Assembly: GCA_964505555.1 (NCBI GenBank)
Contig: CAZDIO010000102.1
Span: 13,355-77,354, forward strand
DNA from: an uncultured Bdellovibrionales bacterium
GTDB lineage: Bacteria; Bdellovibrionota_C; UBA2361; SZUA-149; CAZDIO01
Direction: 5' to 3'
Length of the DNA: 64,000 nucleotides
Every line of letters starts with the position of its first letter. Within the stretch, counting starts at the first letter, position 1. Below the pieces are notes generated by a model. That model ran no database searches. It saw nothing but the letters and a program-made list of their open reading frames with translations, and was not told the origin of the DNA. Shown here in pieces: positions 10,011 to 20,101 of the stretch. The translations under genes and the position numbers were made by a program.

Positions 10011-11399
10011 ATGAGATACAGCACACGAATAATATTTCTTCTCTTTCTCTGCTACGTCGTGCTTTTTTGGCTCAATGGCTTAGGCTTTCGTCGGAAAGGA
10101 TACGTCCAAGATGATGCTCTTCAACATGTAATGTATGCTTACAATTTAGTTCATCACGGAGTAATCTCAGATGTACAATGCAGTAAGGAACCGGCCCCAG
10201 AAGCATGCAACCGCTCCCCAAGCGCCTATCGTGGTCCAGGCTATCCCTTCTTTCTCGCTCTCAACATTGCATTGAATCCCAAACTGCGCGCGCTTGACGA
10301 ACAACAGATTGTAAAACCTGAATTCCTTAATCCCCTTAGAAACAGTGAACTGTTGCTTCTCTGGCTCACTTCGATTTTCATTTATAAAATTGTATTTATT
10401 TTGACACAAAGAAGATTTCCCGCATTTGTTGCGCTCCTGAGCGTTGGTTTTAATCCGATTCTCCTAGACTATCAGAATGAATTTTATTCGGAAAATTTCG
10501 GCGCCCTTTTGGTTACAATCCTTTCTTACGCACTGCTCATGGCATACAGAAGTGGCCGATATAGATATTATGGATTGAGTGGATTTCTTACCGGTTGTTT
10601 GACATTAACGATCCCCATTTTTTACTACCTCCCATGGCTTTTTATAATCGTTTCCTTTGGTTTATCTCGAAGCAAAAAGATTCATTATCAACAATGGCTG
10701 AAAACTTCAGGGATATTTTTGATTTGTTTCGCGGGTGTTGTGCTTCCTTGGATGGTGCGTAACTACCTCCATTTTGATCGGTTCTACATTACAGAGCGTG
10801 CTGGAGCGATGCTCAACGTTCGTGCGGAGAAAGATCTCATGAATAAAAAAGAGTTTTTTGCGGCGTTTTGTTATTGGAGCAACTGTTCTTTTTTACAGAG
10901 TTTAAGAAAACCATTTGAGAATGATCCCGCATTTCATCGCCTTATTCGCGGCAATCCAGATAGTTTCTATCGAACCGGAAGAGTTCGCCGATTGGAACTA
11001 AACCGTGAGCATGGTCCGGTGGTGGCAGACAAACTATTACTTCGAGAAGCAGTAGAAAAAATTACTTCGCATCCATTTCGACATCTTGCAGTAACCCTCC
11101 CGGTGATGTTTCGTGGCATGGGAATGCAAAGCTGTGGACTAGATTTTATTCTTTTTGGAAGCACATTACTGTTGTTCCTTGCTTCAATTGCGAAACGTGA
11201 TGGACAACTTTTTATTCTCTTATTACCAACCGCTTACTGCTATGCTTTTTATAGCTTGGTAACTTACCATCTCCCACGGTACAGCCTACCACTTTTGCCA
11301 ATGTTTTGGGTCGCCACAATTGTGGCTCTTTATCGTCTGACAAAGAGAATGGAAACTAACAAAGACGATATGTTCCAAAGCTCTCTTACCAACACTTAG
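10011..11399 (+). CDS. GT-C fold membrane glycosyltransferase (ArnT/PMT, GT39/GT83-like)
   Basis: 462 aa and polytopic. An acidic first loop follows TM1 (YVQDDALQHVMYAYN) and the overall architecture resembles ArnT-type enzymes. Confidence 0.55.
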   Translation: MRYSTRIIFLLFLCYVVLFWLNGLGFRRKGYVQDDALQHVMYAYNLVHHGVISDVQCSKEPAPEACNRSPSAYRGPGYPFFLALNIALNPKLRALDEQQIVKPEFLNPLRNSELLLLWLTSIFIYKIVFILTQRRFPAFVALLSVGFNPILLDYQNEFYSENFGALLVTILSYALLMAYRSGRYRYYGLSGFLTGCLTLTIPIFYYLPWLFIIVSFGLSRSKKIHYQQWLKTSGIFLICFAGVVLPWMVRNYLHFDRFYITERAGAMLNVRAEKDLMNKKEFFAAFCYWSNCSFLQSLRKPFENDPAFHRLIRGNPDSFYRTGRVRRLELNREHGPVVADKLLLREAVEKITSHPFRHLAVTLPVMFRGMGMQSCGLDFILFGSTLLLFLASIAKRDGQLFILLLPTAYCYAFYSLVTYHLPRYSLPLLPMFWVATIVALYRLTKRMETNKDDMFQSSLTNT

Positions 11400-11438
11400 T
11401 ACATGACCACAATTCGTTATGGGTAACGAAAATGAATG

Positions 11439-12557
11439 CTATTGTTCCTTGGATACGGTGCGTGGAAAAGGACTTTGATGCAAGGAATCACTCCCGGGCG
11501 CCCCTGGAGATGAGTCTCCAAATGTCACCGTTCTTCCCAGCTTACGAGATTCGCTCGCAGCTTCCAAGAGCGAAACAACGTCAACACCAGAATTACCATC
11601 CGTAAGTGGGTTTTCATTGTTCACAATACAATGAATGAAATGCTCTGCTTCAACCTGAAGCGGCTCTCGAAATGAAAGTTTCGGAATGACAATATCTCCT
11701 GCTCGTTGAATCAGCGCAAACTGATCATAAGAGTGAAATGGTCTTGCACCCCAAGTATCTTTTACACTTTTTCGCTCAACTCCTTTGTCAAAAACAGTGA
11801 TTTTTTGATCTAGAGAGGTATCATCATAAATCACCATCTTTTTGCTTCCAACGAGTACCCCCTTTCGGGTCTTACTCGGGTCAAGCCAACTTACGTGGAT
11901 GTTGGCAAACTTTCCGCTCGGGAAGCGAAGACTTACGAAGGAGATATCGTCAATATCCTGTTGCAGGTAAGACATCCCGGTTGCGATTACTTCCGTGGGC
12001 TGCTCACCAAACCAGTAGAGCACAATAGAAAGATCATGTGGCGCTAAATTCCATAGCGCATCGACATCTTGCCTTACCTGACCCAAAGCCAAACGCTGCA
12101 TATACACGTAATAAATCTGGCCAAGCTCACCGTCATCAATAAACTTTTTAACCCACCGCACGGCATCGTTGTAAAGGAAGGTGTGTCCCACAGCGAGCTT
12201 AACGTTTTGAAGCTGTGCAAGCTCAACGAGTTCTTTGGCTTCTATTACGGTCGTAGCAAGTGGCTTCTCAACAAAAACATGCTTTCCTCGAAGGATCGCT
12301 GCTTTTGCCTGCCGATAATGTTCCTTTGCAGGACTAGCGATGATTACCGCCTCAATTTCTGATCGGGACAGAAGATCATCCAAAGAACGATCGATATATC
12401 GAACTCGTGGATATTTCTTCTCTATTTCTCTATGTTGCTCCTCTCGCGGCTCACAACAAGCAATAAGATCGCATCCTTCAAGAGAGGAAAAACAGCGCAG
12501 GAGGTTTGCACCCCAGTATCCATAGCCGATCAGTGCGCAATTTATTGTTCGTGACAC
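11439..12557 (-). CDS. Gfo/Idh/MocA-family oxidoreductase, WbpB/WlbA-like sugar-nucleotide 3-dehydrogenase
   Basis: N-terminal Rossmann motif ALIGYGYWG and the VFVEKPLA motif. GTG start at 12557 preceded by gaaggatt. Confidence 0.8.
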   Translation of the reverse strand: MSRTINCALIGYGYWGANLLRCFSSLEGCDLIACCEPREEQHREIEKKYPRVRYIDRSLDDLLSRSEIEAVIIASPAKEHYRQAKAAILRGKHVFVEKPLATTVIEAKELVELAQLQNVKLAVGHTFLYNDAVRWVKKFIDDGELGQIYYVYMQRLALGQVRQDVDALWNLAPHDLSIVLYWFGEQPTEVIATGMSYLQQDIDDISFVSLRFPSGKFANIHVSWLDPSKTRKGVLVGSKKMVIYDDTSLDQKITVFDKGVERKSVKDTWGARPFHSYDQFALIQRAGDIVIPKLSFREPLQVEAEHFIHCIVNNENPLTDGNSGVDVVSLLEAASESRKLGRTVTFGDSSPGAPGSDSLHQSPFPRTVSKEQ

Positions 12558-12752
12558 CGAGTAATCCTTCTTCTGTAATCGCCTTTATTTGCAATCAGTT
12601 ATACGCGCTGGCTGGAGAAAAGAATACGCACCCAATAAATAAACCATCCCCACTAATTCTCACAGTAGACTTGTAATATTACTGGTGCTTGGATAATGTC
12701 AAGGCGAGCTTCAGTAGCCTTGAGATAAGGTGAATTTCGAGTAAAAAAATCG

Positions 12753-13727
12753 ATGCAACTAACGGGAAAAACAGTTCTTGTAACTGGTGGTGCAGGATTC
12801 ATTGGCAGTCATATCGTTGATGAATGCCTAAAGCGTGATGCAAAAAAAGTCATTGTGCTTGATAATTTTGTAATCGGCCACAATACCAATATTACCCATC
12901 TTGAGAATAATACTCGGGTGAAAATTGAAGCTGGGGATGTAAGAGATTTTGACTCTGTTTCTCCTCTTGTTCGCTCAGCTGACATTGTCTTTCATGAAGC
13001 AGCTTCCAAGCTTGTTGTTTCACGCACCCGACCTCGAATTGATCTGGAAACAAATGTAATCGGCACTTTCAATGTGCTTGAAGCCGCGCGGGGAAATAAT
13101 ACACTTATTGTTCACGCTTCTACAGGCTCTGTCCTAGGAAGCGGAGATGATGCAATGAAGGAGCAACACCCTCATAACCCAAGCACCCTTTATGGAATCA
13201 GTAAAAGCACAGCAGAACGGTACTGCCAATTCTATGCGCGCGAATTTGGGGTTCGAGTAGGAATCCTTCGTTACTTTCACGTTTTTGGCCCAAGACAAGA
13301 CTTCGATGGGGAGGCAGGCGTGGTAAGTATCTTTCTTGGTCGTGTACTTCGTAAAGAACCTCCAATTATCTTTGGAACTGGAGAGCAGATTAGATGCCTT
13401 ACTTTTGTAAAAGATGACGTGCAGGCTAATTTTTTACTGCTCAATGAACTTGCGAAAGGAAATTACCTTGGAGAAGTTTTTAATGTTGCCTCAAAAACAC
13501 GCATCGAAGTTGGTGAATTGGCCAAGATGATTATTAGCAAATATGGCCCGGTAAATATGAAACCACAATATGGTCCCTCTCGTCCGGGAGAAAATCTTCG
13601 TCCGATTCCAGATACAGCGAAGATTGAGAGCTTAGGTTTTCGTGAATCCGTAACTTTTGAGCAAGGGTTAGAACACACAAAACAGTGGGTAGAACAAAAA
13701 CTTCATCGGCCTACAGGTTCTTCATGA
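12753..13727 (+). CDS. NAD-dependent epimerase/dehydratase (extended SDR; UDP-sugar 4-epimerase/decarboxylase type)
   Basis: VTGGAGFIGSH Rossmann motif and the YGISKSTAE catalytic YxxxK. Confidence 0.85.
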   Translation: MQLTGKTVLVTGGAGFIGSHIVDECLKRDAKKVIVLDNFVIGHNTNITHLENNTRVKIEAGDVRDFDSVSPLVRSADIVFHEAASKLVVSRTRPRIDLETNVIGTFNVLEAARGNNTLIVHASTGSVLGSGDDAMKEQHPHNPSTLYGISKSTAERYCQFYAREFGVRVGILRYFHVFGPRQDFDGEAGVVSIFLGRVLRKEPPIIFGTGEQIRCLTFVKDDVQANFLLLNELAKGNYLGEVFNVASKTRIEVGELAKMIISKYGPVNMKPQYGPSRPGENLRPIPDTAKIESLGFRESVTFEQGLEHTKQWVEQKLHRPTGSS

Positions 13728-14803
13728 AGAAGCTCAGTTGGCTACAGCTCGTTGGCGTAGTCATTATCGCGCGAATTATTTACAAGCTTGATTTTCAGCA
13801 ATTCTTATCTGTTTTTTCAAATGTTGATTTTCAAGCTCTTACTCTCTCCGCAATATGTTTACTGATTTTTGGTCTCAGTAAAAGTATTCGGTGGTATTCT
13901 TTTTTGCGAATACAAAAATTGCCGCTCCGATTGTTTCAAACGATTAACATCTATCTTATCGGCCAGCTATTTTCTCTTGTAACACCAGCAAAGCTTGGTG
14001 AATTTATCAAGGTTTTCTATGTTGAAAAAGAAACGCCAGTAAATCATTCGCAGGCACTTTCTAGTGTTGTTGCGGATCGTTTATGTGACTTACTCATGCT
14101 TTTTAGTATCGCAATCATTTGTATTCAAGAGAACTTCCTTCCAAAACCATACCAAACCCCGTGCGAGATTGTTAGCGGCCTACTTCTCCTTTCCCTCCTC
14201 CTTCTTCTTCACCGCCGTTCTGCCCTTGTACTGTACGACCTGATTAAGCGCTTGCCGTTTATTGGTTCATATTTCGCAATCAGCCGTAAATTTTTTTCTG
14301 ATTTCTATAATAGCTTCTCACAGTTTAAGTGTAGGATGGTAATCATTCCGATCGCCTTAACTTTTTCAGCTTATCTTTTTCTTTTCTTTCACGCATATTA
14401 CCTTGCTCAAGCCTTACGGATTGATATGACATTGAAAGAAACTGTTTTCTGTATCACGATTTCAAATATCGCAGCACTTCTTCCTATTTCAGTAGGAGGA
14501 TTAGGGCCACGAGAGCAAGCAATGAAGGAGTTTTTCACACGTGTACTTCCTCGGGGAAATACTCTCTCTACAGAAGCACTCTCGTATTTGAGCGCATCTG
14601 CTGTCGGCTTCTCACTTGCTTTTTATGGAATGTTTTTGCTCACTGCTGGTGTTTTTGGGTATATTGCATGGCTGCGAAATCCGGTAAGTTTGTCAAGCGT
14701 ACAACGCCTTGCTGACGAGATTCGATTACAAACAACAAAGCATCGACGAGAAGAAGTTTCTCTTGTGGAAGTAGGTGAGGTTAACGAGGCATGCCACCAA
14801 TAA
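13724..14803 (+). CDS. Flippase-like membrane protein (LPG-synthase transmembrane-region/UPF0104 type)
   Basis: I moved the start to ATG 13724 (MKKLSWLQLVG...), which forms an ATGA overlap with the upstream stop; the track used GTG 13685. About 8 TM helices. This family commonly accompanies GT2 genes. Confidence 0.55.
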   Translation: MKKLSWLQLVGVVIIARIIYKLDFQQFLSVFSNVDFQALTLSAICLLIFGLSKSIRWYSFLRIQKLPLRLFQTINIYLIGQLFSLVTPAKLGEFIKVFYVEKETPVNHSQALSSVVADRLCDLLMLFSIAIICIQENFLPKPYQTPCEIVSGLLLLSLLLLLHRRSALVLYDLIKRLPFIGSYFAISRKFFSDFYNSFSQFKCRMVIIPIALTFSAYLFLFFHAYYLAQALRIDMTLKETVFCITISNIAALLPISVGGLGPREQAMKEFFTRVLPRGNTLSTEALSYLSASAVGFSLAFYGMFLLTAGVFGYIAWLRNPVSLSSVQRLADEIRLQTTKHRREEVSLVEVGEVNEACHQ

Positions 14804-15564
14804 ATTCTCAAGCTGCGGCAGTTGCATCTCCCGAATTGAACGCTCAAGCTCGACCGCGAGTCGCAGTCATTATTCCTGTCTATAATGAAGAAAAAGTTAT
14901 CGGACGAGTTCTTGATGCCATTCCACGAGAACATGTTGATGTGGTGATCGTGGTTGATGATGGTTCAACTGATTCGACCCCAACTGAATTAGAAAAAAGA
15001 GATGTTCAGGTCATCCGTCACGAGAAACAACTCTTTATCGGGGCGGCTATTCGAGATGGACTTCGGAAGGCAAAAGAGCTGGGAATAGACATTGTGTGCG
15101 TTTTTGCCGGGAACGGAAAGGACGATCCTCAAGAATTACCATTATTACTTCGACCGATCATCGAACAAGGTTATGATTTTGTCCAAGGCTCTCGCTATCT
15201 TCCGGGTGGGCGATCCGGAAAAATGCCTCGTCATCGTCGGATCGTAACAAAGGTTTACCCACTTCTTGTGAGATTTTTCACCGGAGTCAAGATTACTGAT
15301 GGAACTAATGGATTTCGGGCTTATCGCTTACAACTCCTTGATGATCCGGAGATAGATCTCGATCAGCCATGGCTCAGTGAGTGCCTAGAGTATTATTTTT
15401 CACTCAGAGTGTTTCAGCAAGGGTATTCAGTGACCGAAGTCCCTGTTTCAAAAATCTATCCTGATACTGCTGTGTATAGTGAGTATACAAAAGTTCGTCC
15501 CGGAATTGGATGGCTCAATCGCCTTAAACCACTTTTTTTTCTTGGTTTCCGCCTGAGAAAGTAA
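14791..15564 (+). CDS. Glycosyltransferase family 2 (DPM1/GtrB-like polyprenyl-phosphate glycosyltransferase catalytic domain)
   Basis: VAVIIPVYNEEKVI and VVDDGSTDST (GT-A signature). It overlaps the upstream gene by 13 nt. Confidence 0.8.
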   Translation: MPPINSQAAAVASPELNAQARPRVAVIIPVYNEEKVIGRVLDAIPREHVDVVIVVDDGSTDSTPTELEKRDVQVIRHEKQLFIGAAIRDGLRKAKELGIDIVCVFAGNGKDDPQELPLLLRPIIEQGYDFVQGSRYLPGGRSGKMPRHRRIVTKVYPLLVRFFTGVKITDGTNGFRAYRLQLLDDPEIDLDQPWLSECLEYYFSLRVFQQGYSVTEVPVSKIYPDTAVYSEYTKVRPGIGWLNRLKPLFFLGFRLRK

Positions 15565-16825
15565 GCTCGCCTCGAATATCTTCGCGAAGGCTGATGAGAA
15601 AAATAACGGCGGCACCAACAAAAAAGACTGCACTTCCAGCCAGCGTTGCATATGCTGCTCCCTCCGTGGAAGTTTCAGGGATAAGGAGCAGTCCGATAGA
15701 AACGTTTATGATCAGCGATATTCCTGCAAGAACTCCTTGTATTCGAAGACGCCTCATGATGGTAATTGCTGCGTTGAGATATCCATAGAGATACATCATT
15801 GCAGCAGCAACCATGAAGATTCCGAGAATCTTTCCTGAGTGTGCAAGATCTTTTCCATAAATGAGCGACAATAGCTGATCCCCATAGGCAAAGCTGATTA
15901 CAATACCAACCGCACCGATACTGAGTGCAAATAATAACAACCCCCTTAGAAAAAATATGAACCGCTTTCGAGAAGCATGATACGTTTGAGCAAGCGGAGT
16001 AAGTGCCGATGCAGTTAACGCCTCACAGAGCGTCACGCCGATGTACATAAAGTAGCTCACCGCCGTATAGATTCCAAGCGAACCAAGACCTTGCAAACGC
16101 TCTAATAAATATCGAGGAGCATTCGTGTTAAGAGAAACCAGAAGTCGTCTTGCACCCAGAGGCGAGGCTTTTTTTGCAAGTAAAAAGAGCTGTTGATATC
16201 TAATTGGCTGAGCAAGTTCTCTCCATGAAAGATTTTCAGCAAGAAACGTGCGCGCACGTTTTGAAATGAAATACAGCACGATTCCACGCGAAAGAATGAG
16301 AAAAAACAACGCTGATATTAAATCACTAAAAAAATACATCCCAATCAAAATAGAAAGAACACTGAGTACTCCATTGATGATTTGAAACTTCGCAACTTCT
16401 CCTAAGCGTTCCTTGCGCTGAAAAAGTGCTTCGACCATATCGTGGAAGGAATCAACAACCTTTACCAAAGCAACAAGAAGTATCACCTGCCACTGCTCCA
16501 CATCTTTGGTGTAAGTAAAACCAACACCCATAATGACAATAAAGCAGATGATCGAGGTAAAGAAGCGGAGATGAAAATACGTACACGGTTCATTGTCACG
16601 ATTAATATCCGTAACCAGTAAATCCCGGGCACTAAAATTAAAAAATGCAAAAAATGGTGCGCTCAATGCAAGTGCGAGCCCAAAAAGGCCCACCATTTCT
16701 ACATCCCCTAACCACATCAGAATAACCAATATCATCCACTGCGAAAACGAGTAGAATACGTTTCCGATGAGCATCCAGACAAAATTTGACCCGATGCGGC
16801 TTTGTAGAGAAAACCACCTAACCAT
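15524..16825 (-). CDS. Wzx-like polysaccharide flippase (MOP superfamily)
   Basis: 433 aa and about 12-14 TM helices, which is typical size and hydrophobic periodicity for O-unit flippases. It lies in the glycan locus. Confidence 0.65.
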   Translation of the reverse strand: MVRWFSLQSRIGSNFVWMLIGNVFYSFSQWMILVILMWLGDVEMVGLFGLALALSAPFFAFFNFSARDLLVTDINRDNEPCTYFHLRFFTSIICFIVIMGVGFTYTKDVEQWQVILLVALVKVVDSFHDMVEALFQRKERLGEVAKFQIINGVLSVLSILIGMYFFSDLISALFFLILSRGIVLYFISKRARTFLAENLSWRELAQPIRYQQLFLLAKKASPLGARRLLVSLNTNAPRYLLERLQGLGSLGIYTAVSYFMYIGVTLCEALTASALTPLAQTYHASRKRFIFFLRGLLLFALSIGAVGIVISFAYGDQLLSLIYGKDLAHSGKILGIFMVAAAMMYLYGYLNAAITIMRRLRIQGVLAGISLIINVSIGLLLIPETSTEGAAYATLAGSAVFFVGAAVIFLISLREDIRGELTFSGGNQEKKVV

Positions 16826-17014
16826 GAATTGTAAAGCCTCAGCTTTTTAAGTAGGAGCAGAACTCATATCACACGTCATTTGGCAGTGTCTATTATAGCT
16901 AGCAGGCGGACAGACCGTGGTTGTATTTTGGCACGCAAGAAGGTATTGAGAACGGTGTTATTTTTGTAGGTACATCAAATAATAACTAGCTCTTAAAGTG
17001 AAGGAAAATAGATC

Positions 17015-18118
17015 ATGAGCGGAGTCCCTTTTGCAGATCTCAGTAGACAGCATTCGTCGATGAAATCAGAGCTCCAAACTGCCTTTGATCGAGTTGTCGG
17101 TAAAGGTGATTTTATTCTTGGTGCAGAAGTAAAACATTTTGAAGAGGAGTGGGCAAACTTTACCGGCGCAAAAGCTGCTATCGGTTGCTCGAATGGAACA
17201 GATTCTCTCGTGCTGATCTTACTCGCATTAGGTATTGGTCCTGGTGATGAAGTCATCACTGTTTCACATACATTCTTTGCAACTGTTGAAGCAATTCAAA
17301 GCGTGGGTGCAACCCCTATTTTGGTTGACATTCTTCCACGCAATGGGTTGATGGATCCTCAATTAATTGAACCCGCTATTACTCCTCGGACAAAGGCGAT
17401 TATTCCAGTTCACCTCTATGGTCAGCCGGTTGAACTGGATGAGATTCTTGCAGTTTCAGAGAAGTATAATCTTTACTGTATCCAAGATGCCGCTCAAGCG
17501 CATGGTGCTCTCTATAAGAAAAAGCCACTTGCCAATTATGGTATCGCTTCATCATACAGTTTCTACCCGGGCAAAAATCTCGGCGCTCTTGGAGACGCAG
17601 GCGCTGTAGTCACTAATGATTTAGAACTTGCAAAGAGAATGAGATCGTTACGTGATCATGGGCGAAGCGAAAAATACAGTCACAATGAATTTGGCTGGAA
17701 TATGCGCATGGATGGTTTACAAGCGGCATTTCTATCTGCAAAACTCCCTAAGCTTTCCGGCTGGAACGATGATCGAAAGAAAGTTGCTGCAATGTACCTA
17801 GAAAGCTTGCGCGAACTACCAGGCCTTACCTTTCTGGAAATTTCTCGCCATGTCGATCACGTTTTTCATCTTTTTGTAGTTTGCCATGAACAACGAGACG
17901 ACCTCCAAAGGAAATTAAAAGCTGAAGGAGTCGCAACAGGAATTCACTACCCGTTAGGATGTCACCAACAAACTGCTTGGAAAAACCGCTACGGCGAGAT
18001 GAATCTTCCGCATACAGAGAAACTTGCCCGTACCTGTCTCTCGCTGCCGATCTTTGGAGAGATGAGGGAAGAGGAGGCAATGATGGTTGTCTCTGCACTT
18101 CGTCGCGTGCTTAGCTAA
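17015..18118 (+). CDS. DegT/DnrJ/EryC1/StrS-family sugar aminotransferase (second copy)
   Basis: Blocks GTDSLVLILLALGIGPGDEVI and FYPGKNLGALGDAGA. Confidence 0.9.
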   Translation: MSGVPFADLSRQHSSMKSELQTAFDRVVGKGDFILGAEVKHFEEEWANFTGAKAAIGCSNGTDSLVLILLALGIGPGDEVITVSHTFFATVEAIQSVGATPILVDILPRNGLMDPQLIEPAITPRTKAIIPVHLYGQPVELDEILAVSEKYNLYCIQDAAQAHGALYKKKPLANYGIASSYSFYPGKNLGALGDAGAVVTNDLELAKRMRSLRDHGRSEKYSHNEFGWNMRMDGLQAAFLSAKLPKLSGWNDDRKKVAAMYLESLRELPGLTFLEISRHVDHVFHLFVVCHEQRDDLQRKLKAEGVATGIHYPLGCHQQTAWKNRYGEMNLPHTEKLARTCLSLPIFGEMREEEAMMVVSALRRVLS

Positions 18119-18156
18119 TTTTAAGAAGCATGCGTATCGTTTCGAGCAAAGAACGA

Positions 18157-18801
18157 TCACTTTCGTCCGAGGTGTATCGGACCTGAAGGTGAGGGAGAAA
18201 GAAGCACACAGCTTGTTTGATCAAGTGCATATTTAAGATCGCATCGGGGACAACTTACTTCGATCTTCACTGAAAAATCCTTCATCGCTCCAAGTTTTTC
18301 ACCGCATTCGCATATCCATCCAACCTGCTTTGCTGGAACACCAAGCATAAAAGCATAGTCGGGAACGTTTTTTGTTATAACTGCGCCAGCGGCAACAAAA
18401 GCGTGTTTCCCAATGGTGCGGCCACATACGACAGTGGCATTAGCACCGATCGAAGCACCTTCCCTAACGAGAGTCTTTTTATAAAATTCAGCTCCTCGTT
18501 GGGGATACTTAGAGCGGGGATCTAAAACGTTGGTAAACACCATCGAGGGGCCACAGAAGACAAAATCTTCAAGTTCAACCCCTTCGTACACAGAAACGTT
18601 GTTTTGAATTTTTACATAATTTCCAATTTTTACACCCTCTCCCACAACAACATTTTGCCCAAGAGAGCAATGAGCACCGATACTTGCATTTTTTTGCAGA
18701 TGACTAAAATACCAGATCTTTGTCCCCTCTCCAATGGTAACATCTTCATCGATAATGCTTGAGGAATGAACAAAATATGATTTCTTCTCTGCCACGTTCA
18801 T
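18157..18801 (-). CDS. Hexapeptide-repeat N-acetyltransferase, WbpD/WlbB-like (UDP-2-acetamido-3-amino-2,3-dideoxy-glucuronate N-acetyltransferase type)
   Basis: Left-handed beta-helix repeats. Blocks IGEGTKIWYFSHL, NNVSVYEGVELEDFVFCGPSMVFTN and VPAKQVGWICECG are nearly colinear with WbpD/WlbB as I recall them. Confidence 0.8.
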   Translation of the reverse strand: MNVAEKKSYFVHSSSIIDEDVTIGEGTKIWYFSHLQKNASIGAHCSLGQNVVVGEGVKIGNYVKIQNNVSVYEGVELEDFVFCGPSMVFTNVLDPRSKYPQRGAEFYKKTLVREGASIGANATVVCGRTIGKHAFVAAGAVITKNVPDYAFMLGVPAKQVGWICECGEKLGAMKDFSVKIEVSCPRCDLKYALDQTSCVLLSPSPSGPIHLGRK

Positions 18802-18825
18802 AACTATTCTCTCTGCTCTCTGAGT

Positions 18826-19965
18826 TTACTGATAGAAACTTTGTAACGTTTCAACTACATATTGTTGCATCTCGGTAGTAAGCTCCGGATATATCGGCAA
18901 GGCAAGTGAGTGCGCCGCTGCAAACTCGCTCTGTGGAAAATCTCCCTTTTTATAGCCGAGTGAGGAAAAACACTCTTGAAGGTGAAATGGGACTGGATAA
19001 TAAATCTCAGTTCCAACGTTATGGGCAGTAAGAAACGCCCGTAACTCGTCTCGTTTTTCACCTACAGAGATAACGTATTGGTTATAGATATGGTACTCAC
19101 GTTGATAGGCGATGGGCGGTTTCTTGATCTGTTCAACCTGAATATGTTGGTCATAAAAGGCGGCATTATTTTGCCTCATTTCATGCCACCTACTGAGGTG
19201 CCCAAACTTTACTAACAAGACCGCTGCCTGCAGGGTATCAAGACGAAAATTTCCGCCAATGAGCGAATGATAATATTTTGGGTTTGCACCATGGTTACGA
19301 AGAGAAGTAATTTTTTCTGCAAAAGCTTTATCATTTGTTACCACCATCCCACCATCACCCATCGCACCTAAGTTTTTACTAGGAAAAAACGATAGGCATC
19401 CCGCAAGGCCGATGCTCCCCGCTTTTTTCACTCCGTGTTTTGATGGATAACGTGCTCCAATTGCCTGTGCAGAATCTTCAATAATAGGAATACCGTAAAG
19501 TTCCCCTACCTCCTTTATTGGATCCATATCCGCACACTGTCCATAAAGATGAACAGGAATAATTGCTTTGATCTTACCTTTTTTGTCTGAGTGCTCGAGA
19601 AACGTTGCTAATGCTCTCGGGCAAATATTATAGGTCAGCGGATCAATATCGACAAAAAGAGGTGTGGCACGAAGCCTTGCAACAACACCTGCGGTCGCAA
19701 AAAAAGAATACGGTGAGGTAATAACGAACTCTCCGGGTTCGAGATCAAGTGCCATCAGCGAAACCAACAAGGCATCAGTCCCCGAAGAAACCGCTATTCC
19801 AAACTGTGAATCACAGTAGGTAGAGATAGTTCTTTCGAGCTTTCCTATCTCTGGTCCCATTATATAGGCAGTAGAATTGATTACTGCCTCGATCGCCGGG
19901 TTTAGTTCAGGACGAATGGACTCAAGTTGAGCTTGGAGATCAAGAAGTGGTACCTTCAATGGCAT
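18826..19965 (-). CDS. DegT-family aminotransferase (third copy), WbpE/WlbC-like by adjacency
   Basis: Blocks SGTDALLVSLMAL and FFPSKNLGAMGDGG. It lies immediately upstream of the WbpD-like acetyltransferase on the same strand. Confidence 0.85.
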   Translation of the reverse strand: MPLKVPLLDLQAQLESIRPELNPAIEAVINSTAYIMGPEIGKLERTISTYCDSQFGIAVSSGTDALLVSLMALDLEPGEFVITSPYSFFATAGVVARLRATPLFVDIDPLTYNICPRALATFLEHSDKKGKIKAIIPVHLYGQCADMDPIKEVGELYGIPIIEDSAQAIGARYPSKHGVKKAGSIGLAGCLSFFPSKNLGAMGDGGMVVTNDKAFAEKITSLRNHGANPKYYHSLIGGNFRLDTLQAAVLLVKFGHLSRWHEMRQNNAAFYDQHIQVEQIKKPPIAYQREYHIYNQYVISVGEKRDELRAFLTAHNVGTEIYYPVPFHLQECFSSLGYKKGDFPQSEFAAAHSLALPIYPELTTEMQQYVVETLQSFYQ

Positions 19966-20101
19966 TCCTTATTTCACGGTGTAGTATAGTATCGTGTATC
20001 TGAATTTTCCAGCGTATCTAATTTGCCGGTGCTTAATATTGATCTTCGAGACAAAAAAGTAAAGGCACTAAAAACCCCGGATTTCACGATCGGTCTTTAA
20101 A

